Assembly (NCBI GenBank): GCA_028285945.1
Contig: JAPYNE010000010.1
Span: 1,057-65,056, forward strand
Origin: Gammaproteobacteria bacterium
Lineage (GTDB): Bacteria; Pseudomonadota; Gammaproteobacteria; Steroidobacterales; Foliamicaceae
DNA length: 64,000 bases
Reading direction: 5' to 3'
In this document: one piece after another, positions 8,688-17,646 of the stretch
How positions within the stretch are numbered: position 1 is the first letter of the stretch
Layout of the letters: each line of letters opens with the position of its first letter
Made by a program: the position numbers and the translations under genes
The notes under the pieces: generated by a model
What the model was told of the DNA's origin: nothing
Databases searched by the model: none
The model's input: the letters and a program-made list of their open reading frames with translations, nothing else

Positions 8688-9566
8688 TCAGGGGAGGTAT
8701 TGGAGCCAGTCGTGTTCGGGGGCGCCGCAGGCGATGAATGGCGGGTTTTTGGTGGATAGCTTGCGGTAGCGGAGAGGCTGGCCCTGAAAATCGATCACCG
8801 CGCCGCCGGCGCATTCCAGCACCGCTTGGCCGGCGGCGGTGTCCCATTCGGAGGTGGGAAGCATGCGCGGATAGACATCCGCCTCGCCGCACGCGATCAG
8901 GCAAAACTTCAAGGAGCTGGACATGGCCCGCTGCCGCGACGCGCCCAAGGCGCCCACGTAGCGATCGTAGAGTTCGACCTCGGAGTCGGCATGCGAACGG
9001 CTGCACAGCACCCGCAGCGGACTTGAGGGCGGCCGGCGAACGCCAATCCTCTCGGCAGGGGCCAATCCGGGACGGCAACGGAAGGCGCCGCCGCCTTCGC
9101 GGGCAAAGTACATTTCCTCCTTGGCTGGCGCGTACACCACGCCGAGCACCGGCCGGTCCGCCTGAATCAGCGCAATGTTGACGGTGAATTCCTCGCCCCC
9201 GCGCACGAACTCCTTGGTTCCGTCGAGCGGATCCACCAGCCAGTGCCGCGGCCAATTCGACCGCTGCCCGCCGTTCGGAGCGTCGCCTGATTCCTCCGAC
9301 AGCACCGGCATGGCGGGCTTAAGCTGCCCAAGCCCTGCCGCGATGTGCTCGTGCGCGGCGCGGTCCGCAGCGGTGACGGGGCTGCTGTCGGATTTGTAAT
9401 CCACCTCGATGCCCTCTTTCCGCCATAAGCGCAGTGCGAGTTGGCCCGCTTCCCGGGCCAACTCGCACGCCGGGCGGATCAATGCGGCCAGATCGGGAAT
9501 CTCGCTGGCCTGCATGCGTGGGCTGCCCGGCTTCCGCAGTGGTTGAGCGGCCTTGGCGGTCATCAC
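8688..9566 (-). CDS. cysQ: 3'(2'),5'-bisphosphate nucleotidase
   Basis: Inositol-monophosphatase-family motifs PVLSEESG, WLVDPLDGTKEF and WDTAAG. Collinear with E. coli CysQ from memory. Start is uncertain (GTG 9566, ATG 9563 or ATG 9515). Confidence 0.85.
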   Translation of the reverse strand: MMTAKAAQPLRKPGSPRMQASEIPDLAALIRPACELAREAGQLALRLWRKEGIEVDYKSDSSPVTAADRAAHEHIAAGLGQLKPAMPVLSEESGDAPNGGQRSNWPRHWLVDPLDGTKEFVRGGEEFTVNIALIQADRPVLGVVYAPAKEEMYFAREGGGAFRCRPGLAPAERIGVRRPPSSPLRVLCSRSHADSEVELYDRYVGALGASRQRAMSSSLKFCLIACGEADVYPRMLPTSEWDTAAGQAVLECAGGAVIDFQGQPLRYRKLSTKNPPFIACGAPEHDWLQYLP

Positions 9567-9574
9567 TGACTAAA

Positions 9575-9754
9575 TTACTTGAACCAAGCCGGAGGCTTTG
9601 GTGTGCCTGTAGGCCCACACACGAATTTAACGTTCTTGCCGTATTGGGCTTGAATCATTTTCTTCGCGTCGGAAGGGTTGCCGGCGGTAGTTGCAACGCA
9701 TACCGGAGTAGCGGTTCCAGGTACCCGTATCTTGGCGTAGTGCTTCTTTGCCAT
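9575..9754 (-). CDS. Small hypothetical protein (59 aa)
   Basis: AGGAGA lies 6 nt upstream of the ATG at 9754 (MAKKHYAKIRVPG...). Lys/Pro-rich with two Cys. I recognise no family. Confidence 0.4.
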   Translation of the reverse strand: MAKKHYAKIRVPGTATPVCVATTAGNPSDAKKMIQAQYGKNVKFVCGPTGTPKPPAWFK

Positions 9755-10023
9755 TCTGGTTCTCCTCATTTTGTTGTTGGCGCTTTCTTCCCGCCGAGCG
9801 GCAGGCTTAAGCGGCTATTGGCGATGCGGCCCTGATGTCCTCGATCAGGGCCATTTCCTCAGGCAAGCAGGAGCTTCAGCACTCCGCCGCTTGAGTTCAC
9901 CATGCATGATATGGAGTCAATGCGACAAAATGCGTCGCCTGAAAACTGCCGCATGGGTGGCCAGAAAAAGGCGCTGCGCCTCGAAGCGGAAGCGGCGAAT
10001 ATCAGGCTTTTCAACGCAGCCGG

Positions 10024-10665
10024 TCAGGTGTTGCCGGGAGGAAGCCAGAGGTCGGCGAGGCTGAATGTGATGGCATCGAAGGGGGGCAAGGATGCATCGG
10101 CATCGCCAACCAGCTTGCGTAGCAGGGCGTAGCGGCGACCGCGCAAAGCGAAAGCGGCCAGCGAGCGGGCTTTAGGATCGACAAGCCACAGGTGCGCCAC
10201 GCCTTCGCGGGCGTAGATTTGCTGCTTTGGGCCTTCATCCAAGGCCCGGGTGGACGGCGAAAGCACCTCGCATACCCAATCCGGCGGCTGCGAGAAATAG
10301 GGCGTGTCGGCAAGTTCAGGCATATTCTCCCGGCGCCAGCCCGACAGATCGGGCACCACGATGTCTTCGCTCAAATGCAGCTCGGGCTCGTCGAGAATCC
10401 ACCAGCCCCCGGGATCGCCTTGATCGGAATCGAAAGGGTCGCCGAGCCGCACGCCCAGCCTTGATGCGGCGCGCAAGTGCGGCGAAGCGGGCTTGGGACG
10501 GGTGTGGAGCGCGCCGCCCAGCACCTCGGCAACCCTATTGGGCGGCGCGTCGAGCACATCCTGGTAGGTGGCGCGCTTTTCCCCGTGTTTTGATTTTCGC
10601 GCACTCGGCGCGAATGCCTCCAAGCGGTCTGGCGCTTCTGGATAGTCGCTTGAATCGCTGGCCAT
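10024..10665 (-). CDS. Uma2 family (DUF820) endonuclease
   Basis: PDLSGWRRE...PDWVCEVLSPSTRALDEGPKQQIYAREGVAHLWLVDP is the canonical Uma2 PD-(D/E)XK motif. AAGGAG lies 9 nt upstream of the ATG at 10665. Confidence 0.85.
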   Translation of the reverse strand: MASDSSDYPEAPDRLEAFAPSARKSKHGEKRATYQDVLDAPPNRVAEVLGGALHTRPKPASPHLRAASRLGVRLGDPFDSDQGDPGGWWILDEPELHLSEDIVVPDLSGWRRENMPELADTPYFSQPPDWVCEVLSPSTRALDEGPKQQIYAREGVAHLWLVDPKARSLAAFALRGRRYALLRKLVGDADASLPPFDAITFSLADLWLPPGNT

Positions 10666-10871
10666 GAGATTCCACTCCTTGAAAAACCGGCTGCTGGTGC
10701 TGCGCATCGTAGCACACGGCGCAAAGCTAGCCCTTCGGCTGTCTGCGGAGCCATGCTCCGCCCGCCATCCTTGCTGCTTTCGCAATCCGCCCTCCCCGGG
10801 TGGTTCTGTGCTGAACAATGAAAACAATAGTGCGCTTGAAGAGACTTCAGGCGCACTATAATTCTCATTTC

Positions 10872-11204
10872 ATGCCCGATAAGCCCATCACCCGCTTGGC
10901 CGAGGAAGCGCTCGAACTGCTCGCCATGCGGATTCGTCTGCATCGTCGGCGTCTGTGCATGACCCAGCAAGAGCTGGCCGACCGCTTGGGCGTCACCCGC
11001 CGCACTGTGCGGCAAATCGAAAAGGGCGCGCCCTCGGTGGCCATCGGCCGTGTGCTGGAGGCGGCGGCGCTGACTGGCGTGGATTTGTTCGTGCCCGAAG
11101 CCACCACGCTCGCACCGCAAATCGACCACGCCCGCAATCAGCTGGCCTTGCTGCCGACATCGGTGCGCGGCGGTCCGGGAACGGATTTTGACCCCGGGTT
11201 TTAG
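10872..11204 (+). CDS. XRE-family HTH antitoxin (HipB-like)
   Basis: LCMTQQELADRLGVTRRTVRQIEKGAPSVAIGRVLEAA is an XRE HTH. It sits immediately upstream of, and overlapping, the HipA-like ORF. An alternative start is at 10818. Confidence 0.75.
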   Translation: MPDKPITRLAEEALELLAMRIRLHRRRLCMTQQELADRLGVTRRTVRQIEKGAPSVAIGRVLEAAALTGVDLFVPEATTLAPQIDHARNQLALLPTSVRGGPGTDFDPGF

Positions 11205-11217
11205 CAGTCCTGGCGGG

Positions 11218-12588
11218 ATGGATAGTCGGTCGAAAGCGGCGGGCCTTCCGCCACGGGCCGCCAAGGGTGCGTATGTTTGGATTTGGCTGCCCGAGCAGGC
11301 TTCACCCGTGCCGGTCGGTCGCATCGTCAAAACGGGTTCACGCTATGGCTTCGCGTACGGCGCCGCCTACCTTCAGCGTCCTGATGCGATTTCCATATAT
11401 ACGCCCGAGCTGCCGCTGAAAGATGGTCCGCAGCTGCCGCGGCCCCCGCTGGCGCTGGCCTCGGCGTTGCGCGATGCGATGCCGGATGCTTGGGGGCGGC
11501 GGGTCATCGCCTACGACATGCGGCTTGAGCGGGCGGCCAGGAAAGGTGGCGCGCAAGCCGCTTGGGGGGCCGCCGACTCGCTTGATGAAATCGACGAGCT
11601 GGCCTTCATGCTCCGCTCCGGCTCCAACCGCTTCGGAGCGCTGGATTTTCAGTGCTCGGCCGAGCACTACATACCGCGAGAGGCTGAGCCAACGCCGCTC
11701 GCGCATCTGGCGAGCGCGGCGGAGCGGGTCGATCGCGGCCTGCCTATGGCGCCCGATCTGGCCGCCTGCCTGCTGCACGCCACATCGATTGGCGGGGCGA
11801 TGCCTAAGGCGCAGATTCGCAGCGAAGACGCGCAGCACATCGCCAAGTTCGGGCGGGCCGACTCGCATGTCGATGCCTTCAATCCGGTCAAGGCCGAGTA
11901 TGTGGCAATGCGTCTGGCGTTCGAGGCCGGCCTCGATGTTTCGCGAGTGCGCCTCGATAGCGCGATGGACACCGATGTTCTGCTGGTGGAGCGGTTCGAC
12001 CGGCCCGGCTCCTCAAATGAGATGGATCACGGCGAGCGCCGGATGGCGTTATCGGCGCTGACCCTGCTAGGTTTGGATGAAATGCTTGCGCGCTATGCAA
12101 GTTACGAGGATTTCGCCGAAATTCTGCGCGTACGCGGTGCCGGATCCGCCAAGACGACGCTGGCCGAGCTGTTCGGCCGCATGGCCTTCAATGTGCTGGT
12201 TGGCAATACTGACGACCACGCCCGCAATCACGCCTGCTTTTGGGATGGCGGGCGGTTGGTGCTAGCGCCCGCCTACGACATCGCTCCGCAGAACCGCGTG
12301 GGCCGGGAAGCCTCTCAGGCAATGCTGGTTTGCGGGCAGGACCGGCGAGCGCGACTGGCGACCTGCTTGGATGCCGCGCCGAAGTTCCTGCTGTCCAATA
12401 AGCAGGCCCTGTCCATCATGGAGAAGCAAATCGGCGTTATCGCCCGGCGTTTCGACGCGGTATGCGAAGAAGCTCAGGTCAGCGCTGCGGACCGCCGCCA
12501 TCTGATGGGAAGGCAATTCCTGAACGAACTGGCGTTCGACGGCCTGGAAGCGGAACTGAGCGTCGCGTCGTCTCGTCTCCCAATCTAA
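11218..12588 (+). CDS. HipA-family serine/threonine kinase toxin
   Basis: Catalytic loop GNTDDHARNHACFWDG plus LAPAYDI (HipA_C). N-terminal coupling domain VPVGRIV..YGFAYGAAYL. Start is uncertain (TTG 11188 or ATG 11218). Confidence 0.85.
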   Translation: MDSRSKAAGLPPRAAKGAYVWIWLPEQASPVPVGRIVKTGSRYGFAYGAAYLQRPDAISIYTPELPLKDGPQLPRPPLALASALRDAMPDAWGRRVIAYDMRLERAARKGGAQAAWGAADSLDEIDELAFMLRSGSNRFGALDFQCSAEHYIPREAEPTPLAHLASAAERVDRGLPMAPDLAACLLHATSIGGAMPKAQIRSEDAQHIAKFGRADSHVDAFNPVKAEYVAMRLAFEAGLDVSRVRLDSAMDTDVLLVERFDRPGSSNEMDHGERRMALSALTLLGLDEMLARYASYEDFAEILRVRGAGSAKTTLAELFGRMAFNVLVGNTDDHARNHACFWDGGRLVLAPAYDIAPQNRVGREASQAMLVCGQDRRARLATCLDAAPKFLLSNKQALSIMEKQIGVIARRFDAVCEEAQVSAADRRHLMGRQFLNELAFDGLEAELSVASSRLPI

Positions 12589-12623
12589 CCAATCAATGGT
12601 GATTGGCGCGCGGAATAAGCAGG

Positions 12624-13151
12624 CTATTGACTAACCAATAGGCCATATAGTCTGCTAACTCCTTTTCTGCGGCGATCCTGATGGTTGTAGAACCCTTCGA
12701 CAACGAGGTCACGTGCATTCCTGGTGCCTTGCTTGTTTCGAATATCGTTGTTTTTCTGATATCCCATCGTTATAAACATTTGTTCTACATGGTTAATTGA
12801 AGCATGGCCATCTTTATTGGAGGGGCTTGACATGCGGCGCTTGTCCGGTGTCATCCGCACTAAGAAATACATCATTGGCGTTCCTTTGCTGATTTCTAGT
12901 GCTTCGTGATACCTAACAATTTTGTGAGAAGTGAAGCATTCTTTGGAAAAACTCTGGTTCTTCGCCTTGCCAACATACCAAGGCTTTTCTTGGGAGTTTT
13001 TCTCAATTGAAAAAACGTACACCCCGCAAGCGCCTTCCAAACCTGCATCAGCACTATTCCAAAATTTCTCAATGTCTTTTTTGTCAATCCTTCTCTTAAA
13101 TTCTCCCTCTTGCAAGGGAATTTCATAGGGACCGTGAATTTTGTAATACAT
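12624..13151 (-). CDS. Hypothetical low-GC protein with a GIY-YIG-like motif
   Basis: GACGVYVFSIEKNSQEKPWYVGKA is a GxY...YxG arrangement, followed by HVEQMFI (candidate catalytic Glu). AAGGAG plus a 6-nt spacer precedes the ATG. It lies 84 nt downstream of the AAA+ gene on the same strand. GC is low (22/60 and 27/60 on two counted lines). The nuclease assignment is inference. Confidence 0.55.
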   Translation of the reverse strand: MYYKIHGPYEIPLQEGEFKRRIDKKDIEKFWNSADAGLEGACGVYVFSIEKNSQEKPWYVGKAKNQSFSKECFTSHKIVRYHEALEISKGTPMMYFLVRMTPDKRRMSSPSNKDGHASINHVEQMFITMGYQKNNDIRNKQGTRNARDLVVEGFYNHQDRRRKGVSRLYGLLVSQ

Positions 13152-13235
13152 TTTTTTCTCCTTGTTTATTTCAGCGGGTGGAGCGCACCGAACGGGATGC
13201 GCCCGTGAGGGTTGAAGATATAGGGGGGGGGCAAG

Positions 13236-15395
13236 TCAATGCACGAAGCCGATGGCGCGGGGTTGGTTGGGTTTGGCTTCGCACTCGGCTTTGAGGAGGG
13301 TGTAGAGGGCGGACGGGTTGTCGAGCTGGCCTAGGATTTCGGCTTTCTGGCGGGCTACTGCGAAGTCGCCGGGGGTTAGGGTTTGCAGCGAGCTCAAAGC
13401 CGCGGGAGGCGGCAGGTCGAACCAGGCGCGGAACATGGCGTTGGCGCGGCTCGCATCCATGTAGCCCACGCTGATTTTGAAGACGAAGCGGCGCAGGGTG
13501 GCCGGGTCGAGCTTCTCGATCAGGTTGGTGGTGCAGGCGAACGGCAGCGGGTGACGCTCCATCCAAGTGAGCATTTCGTTGACTTGGCTGATTTCCCAGT
13601 TGCGCTGCGCGCCGCTGCGGTCGGCCAGCAGCGAGTCGGCTTCGTCGAACACTAAAAAGGAGCCGTCGTCGGCTGCTTCGCGGAACGCCCGGGCGATGTT
13701 CTTCTCGGTTTGGCCCACCCACATGCTCATCAGGTCCGAGGCGCGCTTCTGGGTAACCTCCAGGCCCAGCCGGTCGGCCAGATAGCGGATCCAAGCACTC
13801 TTCCCGGTGCCAGGCGGACCTTGAAGGCACAGCGAGAAGCGCTGCTTGCCGGTGGCGCACAGCCGGTCGGCAAGCGCTTCCAAGTCCTCCTCCGAACGCA
13901 TAAACGCTGGGTTGAAGCCCTTTGGAACGCCCTGACAGGCCTTCTCGCAACCCAGCAGCCGGGACAGGCTTTGCACGCCGCGGCGCACGGCGCCTAAGTC
14001 GCCATCGCGCAGCAAAGCCACGGCGGAGACGGCCCCGGCGGCCACGCCCGGCGTGGCATCGAATTCGTAGGCCAGCTCACGGGCATCCTCCGGGCTCGCT
14101 TGGATGCCGTTGCGCTCAAGTTGGCGCGCCCAGATGCGCTGGCGAACCGAAGGCGGCGGCTGGCGCAATTCGATCGCGAACATCATCCGCCGCAAGATGG
14201 CGCGGTCGATGCTGCTTGCTTCGTTGACGGTCCACAGCGTGGGCGCGGGGTTTTCTTCCAGCAGGCGGTTCATAAACAGCCGCGATGGTGCCCGGGTGCG
14301 CCTGCGTGGCCCCGGAAAGCCGAAAAGGCTGAACGGCGAGGACGATCCCTGACTGAGCAGGTCGTCCATTTCGTCGAACAGGAGCATGGCGCCGGCTTCC
14401 CGCCGCAGCAGGCTCTGCCCCAGCTTGAGGTCTGCCAGACGCTCGCTGCGCGAAGGCTCGTCGCCGGTCTCGTCCGTTTCGCCCACGCTGAACAGCGCAA
14501 CGCCCAAGCGGGCCGCCAAGGTGCGGGCGAACTCCGTCTTGCCGGTGCCGGGCGGCCCGTACAGCAGCACGTTAACGCCTTTGGCGCGCTTGCTGAGGGC
14601 GCCGCGAACGATGCCCTCCACATCGGCGCGCCGCTGTCCCAGATGGTCGAAGTCCTGCCATTGAAGTTCGGCTTGCGCGGGGGCGCCCAGCAACAGCGGC
14701 AGCGGATCGGCTTGTTCATCGGGCGCCGAGCCCAAGCGGCGCAGTCGCGATGCCACGGACATGTCGCCATCATCGTCCACCGCCAGCAGGCCGGAGCGGA
14801 CCAGCGGCGCGTCAGGAGCGCAACGGGACAAAAGGGTGTTCCGGGAAATACCGAGCAGATCCGCGAACGCGGCGCTTTTCAGACTTTGGCCGCTGACACC
14901 CCGGCTGAAGCTTCCTGACTCGCTGCTGTACACATTGTCAAGCAGCGATTCCAGCGCCGGCTGGGTCTGGTAGCGCAGCAGCATTTCCACAATTTGCAAG
15001 TCCGTGTTTTCCAGGCGCGTAATATGAGCCAACTGCCGCAGCCGCAGCGCGGTCGCATCGGGCTTGATGGCTTGCTTTGCGTCGCTAGCCCGGCGCAATG
15101 CCGTGCCTAGGCGCTGCCAGACCTGCCGGCCGCTTTTTCCGCTATCCTCCTCCGCTTGTTCTGCGTGCGCCAAGCGCCGGCGGTTTGTCAATAGGTCTTC
15201 GCATTCTCCGGCGATTTCAGCGATAACTGCGGCGTGTATGCCGCCGCCGCGACCGGCAAGGCCAGCCTCCAGCACTTCCGCGTTTTCGGCCACCCATTCG
15301 GCCAGGGACGCGGCCTCCGGGCGGCGCCAGCGGATGCGGCTGGCGGCATTGGCGATCCATAAAAGGCCCAGGCGACTTTCGTAAGGCGTAAGCAT
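13236..15395 (-). CDS. Tandem AAA+ ATPase (two classical AAA modules) with a roughly 260-aa unassigned N-terminal region
   Basis: Module 1: VLLYGPPGTGKTEFARTLA with Walker B MLLFDEMDDL. Module 2: LCLQGPPGTGKSAWIRYLA with Walker B FLVFDEADSL, then TTN (sensor-1-like) and ATLRRF (Arg-finger region). GGAGA lies about 6 nt upstream of the ATG at 15395. Confidence 0.85.
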   Translation of the reverse strand: MLTPYESRLGLLWIANAASRIRWRRPEAASLAEWVAENAEVLEAGLAGRGGGIHAAVIAEIAGECEDLLTNRRRLAHAEQAEEDSGKSGRQVWQRLGTALRRASDAKQAIKPDATALRLRQLAHITRLENTDLQIVEMLLRYQTQPALESLLDNVYSSESGSFSRGVSGQSLKSAAFADLLGISRNTLLSRCAPDAPLVRSGLLAVDDDGDMSVASRLRRLGSAPDEQADPLPLLLGAPAQAELQWQDFDHLGQRRADVEGIVRGALSKRAKGVNVLLYGPPGTGKTEFARTLAARLGVALFSVGETDETGDEPSRSERLADLKLGQSLLRREAGAMLLFDEMDDLLSQGSSSPFSLFGFPGPRRRTRAPSRLFMNRLLEENPAPTLWTVNEASSIDRAILRRMMFAIELRQPPPSVRQRIWARQLERNGIQASPEDARELAYEFDATPGVAAGAVSAVALLRDGDLGAVRRGVQSLSRLLGCEKACQGVPKGFNPAFMRSEEDLEALADRLCATGKQRFSLCLQGPPGTGKSAWIRYLADRLGLEVTQKRASDLMSMWVGQTEKNIARAFREAADDGSFLVFDEADSLLADRSGAQRNWEISQVNEMLTWMERHPLPFACTTNLIEKLDPATLRRFVFKISVGYMDASRANAMFRAWFDLPPPAALSSLQTLTPGDFAVARQKAEILGQLDNPSALYTLLKAECEAKPNQPRAIGFVH

Positions 15396-15486
15396 GCATA
15401 TTCTCCGCGTCTTGGATTCGCTGTGCATGGTATGGGGTTAATACGACATAGTGCGTCGCATGAGAATTGCGGGATAGAATGGCGCC

Positions 15487-16506
15487 ATGCGAAAAGCCGT
15501 GGACACCGTGTTCCGCTACTTGGCGGTGCTGCAATGCGTGCCGGCCCATCCGGCGCGCAAAACCACCACGCGGATACTCGCCGAACTGCGCGAAAAAGAT
15601 CCCGAATTCAATGTGAGCGCCCGCTCCATGCAGCGCAGCTTGGAGCAGCTGTCCGCCCGCTTCCCCATCACTTGCGAAACCGTGGGCAGAACCAATCACT
15701 GGTACTGGATCGACAGCCACGCCATGACGCAACTGCCGGCCATGACCGAGCACACGGCCTTTGCCCTGCGCTTGGCCAACGAATACCTAAGGCCGCTCAT
15801 GCCGCCCGCCACGCTGCGGCTGCTGGACAGCTATTTCAACCACGCCAATCGCCTGCTGAAAGGCTCCGCCTTGGGCCGCTGGGCCAACCGCGCGCGGATC
15901 GTTGCTCGCGGCCCTTTGCTCACGCCGCCGCCGGTGAAAGAGGATGTGCAGCGCGCGGCCTACAACGCCCTGTTGAACGACCGCCTGTTGGAAATCAACT
16001 ACCGGAGCCGCTCGCAACAACGCTCGCAGCGGGTCGCGCTCAATCCGCTGGGCCTGGTTTTCCGCGAAACCGTGGCCTACCTAGTGGCCAGCGCGTGGCA
16101 CTACCCGGATGTGCGCCACTATGCGCTGCACCGCATGAGCAAGCCGCGGCTGCTGGATCAACCCGCCGGAACGCCGCCGGGATTCCGGCTGGCCAGCCAT
16201 ATCCGCGACGAGTTGCGGTTCTCCTATCCGCTGGCCAGCGGCAACATCCCGCTGCGCGCCGCCGTGTCGCCGGAAGTGGCCGAGCACCTCGCTGAACGCC
16301 GGCTGTCCGGCGACCAGCGCATTGCGCGCCATGCCGATGGGCGCATCGTAGTCGAGGCAAGCGTCGCCAACACGCAGGAGCTTCGCTGGTGGCTTTTGGG
16401 CTTCGGCAGCGCGGTGGAGGTTCTGAGCCCGGCCTCGCTGCGCGAGGAGTTCGCCGCTCAGTCCCGCGCCATGCAGGCGATGTACGAAACGGAAGCGCCG
16501 TCCTGA
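15487..16506 (+). CDS. HTH-WYL-WCX transcriptional regulator (YafY/BrxR/CapW-like)
   Basis: N-terminal wHTH: VFRYLAVLQCVPAHPARKTTTRILAEL...SARSMQRSLEQL. Central WYL-like region: LEINYRS....RVALNPLGLVFRETVAYLVASAWHYPDVRHYALHRM. C-terminal region: ELRWWLLGFGSAVEVLSPASLREE. Divergent from the AAA+ gene across 91 bp. Confidence 0.8.
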   Translation: MRKAVDTVFRYLAVLQCVPAHPARKTTTRILAELREKDPEFNVSARSMQRSLEQLSARFPITCETVGRTNHWYWIDSHAMTQLPAMTEHTAFALRLANEYLRPLMPPATLRLLDSYFNHANRLLKGSALGRWANRARIVARGPLLTPPPVKEDVQRAAYNALLNDRLLEINYRSRSQQRSQRVALNPLGLVFRETVAYLVASAWHYPDVRHYALHRMSKPRLLDQPAGTPPGFRLASHIRDELRFSYPLASGNIPLRAAVSPEVAEHLAERRLSGDQRIARHADGRIVVEASVANTQELRWWLLGFGSAVEVLSPASLREEFAAQSRAMQAMYETEAPS

Positions 16507-16796
16507 TGCGGCGGCGGCCCCCCGGCATAGCCGGGCGCCGGGTCCGGCCGCGCCGCCAAGCCTTCCCGGATCGCATCGCTTAGCCTTAGTGTCCTGTCCG
16601 GAAAGGATGCCACAAACCTCCGCTCCTCCCCCGGCGCATTTGGGCGGAAACCGCCCCTCCATCACCCGTCGGGCCCCTCCCGCAGGCATCCTAACCCGGA
16701 CGAATGATGCGCTCCCTGCGGAAATCCTCCCATTCGCTGTTGGCAGCAAGCGGCAGTGCGTGGCGCGGGGCAATGCGAAGTTATAATGGCGCCACA

Positions 16797-17054
16797 ATGA
16801 TGGTTCAAACGCAAATATCCATTGAGGCGGAACTTCGATCGCGCATTCGCGCGCGCGCAAGGGCGCTGGGGATTTCCATGGCGGAGTATTTTCGCCAACT
16901 TGTGGAGCGGGACCTGTCTGATACGACGCGGAACATGGATTTATCGGTCGTTTTCAATCTGGGTGCTTCGGGCGGTGCCGATGTGGCGACCAATAAGGAT
17001 CGCATGGCCGCCGAGGCGGTCGGCGCTGAGAAAGCTCGACGGACAGCACCCTAA
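16797..17054 (+). CDS. Ribbon-helix-helix antitoxin (VapB/CopG-like)
   Basis: ISIEAELRSRIRARARALGISMAEYFRQLVERDL is an RHH pattern. Its stop is 3 nt before the VapC GTG. A TATAAT at 16782-16787 sits just upstream. Confidence 0.7.
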   Translation: MMVQTQISIEAELRSRIRARARALGISMAEYFRQLVERDLSDTTRNMDLSVVFNLGASGGADVATNKDRMAAEAVGAEKARRTAP

Positions 17055-17057
17055 TCC

Positions 17058-17471
17058 GTGCGCGTATTCGTTGACACGTCGGTGTGGTATGCCGCCGCAG
17101 ACCGCAGCGATGCCAGCAACGCCCGCGCAATAGAACTTCTGTCCGCCGGGGAAGCGCTAGTGATCAGCGACCACGTGTTGATTGAAAGCTGGCGGCTGAT
17201 ACACCATTTCCTCTCTCCCCGGGCTGCCGATCAGTTTTGGGACGGTCTCCGAATGGGCGCTGCGGCCGTGGAGCAGACCACGGAGGCGGATTTGGCCGAA
17301 GCATGGGCCATTGGCGAGCAATTCCCCGATCAGGACTTCTCCATTGTTGACCGAACCTCGTTTGCCCTTATGCGGCGGCTGGGTATATCGCGCGCGCTGT
17401 CGTTCGACAGGGATTTCGCGGTTTTCCGGTATGGCCGGGGACGCAGGATGGCCTTCGAGGTGGTGAACTGA
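17058..17471 (+). CDS. vapC: PIN-domain ribonuclease toxin VapC
   Basis: VFVDTSVWYAAADRSD (first acidic residue), ISDHVLIESW and DFSIVDRTSFALMRRLGISRALSFDRDF give the PIN acidic quartet pattern. GTG start. Confidence 0.85.
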   Translation: MRVFVDTSVWYAAADRSDASNARAIELLSAGEALVISDHVLIESWRLIHHFLSPRAADQFWDGLRMGAAAVEQTTEADLAEAWAIGEQFPDQDFSIVDRTSFALMRRLGISRALSFDRDFAVFRYGRGRRMAFEVVN

Positions 17472-17568
17472 CGAGCTTCCGATGCCGAGGAATGGATGCC
17501 AAAGGCCGCTCCCGCCGGCATCCCCTATTGGGGCATGAGGCGCTTTCGCTGAACAGGCTGCCAATCTA

Positions 17569-17596
17569 TTGACGGACGGTGGAATTGCCATACAAT
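17569..17596 (+). promoter_or_regulatory. Sigma70-type promoter upstream of the tRNA-23S-5S operon
   Basis: TTGACG (17569-17574), a 16-nt spacer, then TACAAT (17591-17596). It lies about 110 nt upstream of tRNA-Ile. Confidence 0.45.
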
Positions 17597-17633
17597 TGCC
17601 AATCCCCCGGCGCATGGGCGCGCTGCGGGGTTT

Positions 17634-17646
17634 TGTTCTTTTACAT
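17634..17646 (+). promoter_or_regulatory. boxA-like antitermination element in the operon leader
   Basis: tgttcttttacat versus the consensus TGCTCTTTAACAA gives about 9/13 matches by eye. It sits between the promoter and tRNA-Ile. Confidence 0.3.

Noticed and set aside
9829-9853. Hairpin ggccctgat-gtcctcg-atcagggcc as a terminator
   Set aside because: There is no U tract on either strand, and it lies about 170 nt from the nearest stop codon. Its significance is not supportable.
13171-14918. Several 95-272-aa ORFs on both strands inside the AAA+ gene (13171-13950 minus, 14100-14918 plus, 14270-14773 minus)
   Set aside because: They overlap the AAA+ reading frame, which carries two full Walker A/B sets. 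The alternatives are Arg/Pro/Ala-rich with no motifs.
16782-16797. Leaderless vapB transcript from the TATAAT located 9 nt before the ATG
   Set aside because: There is no recognisable -35 element at the right spacing, and the second ATG and the true start are unresolved. I noted it only in the feature evidence.
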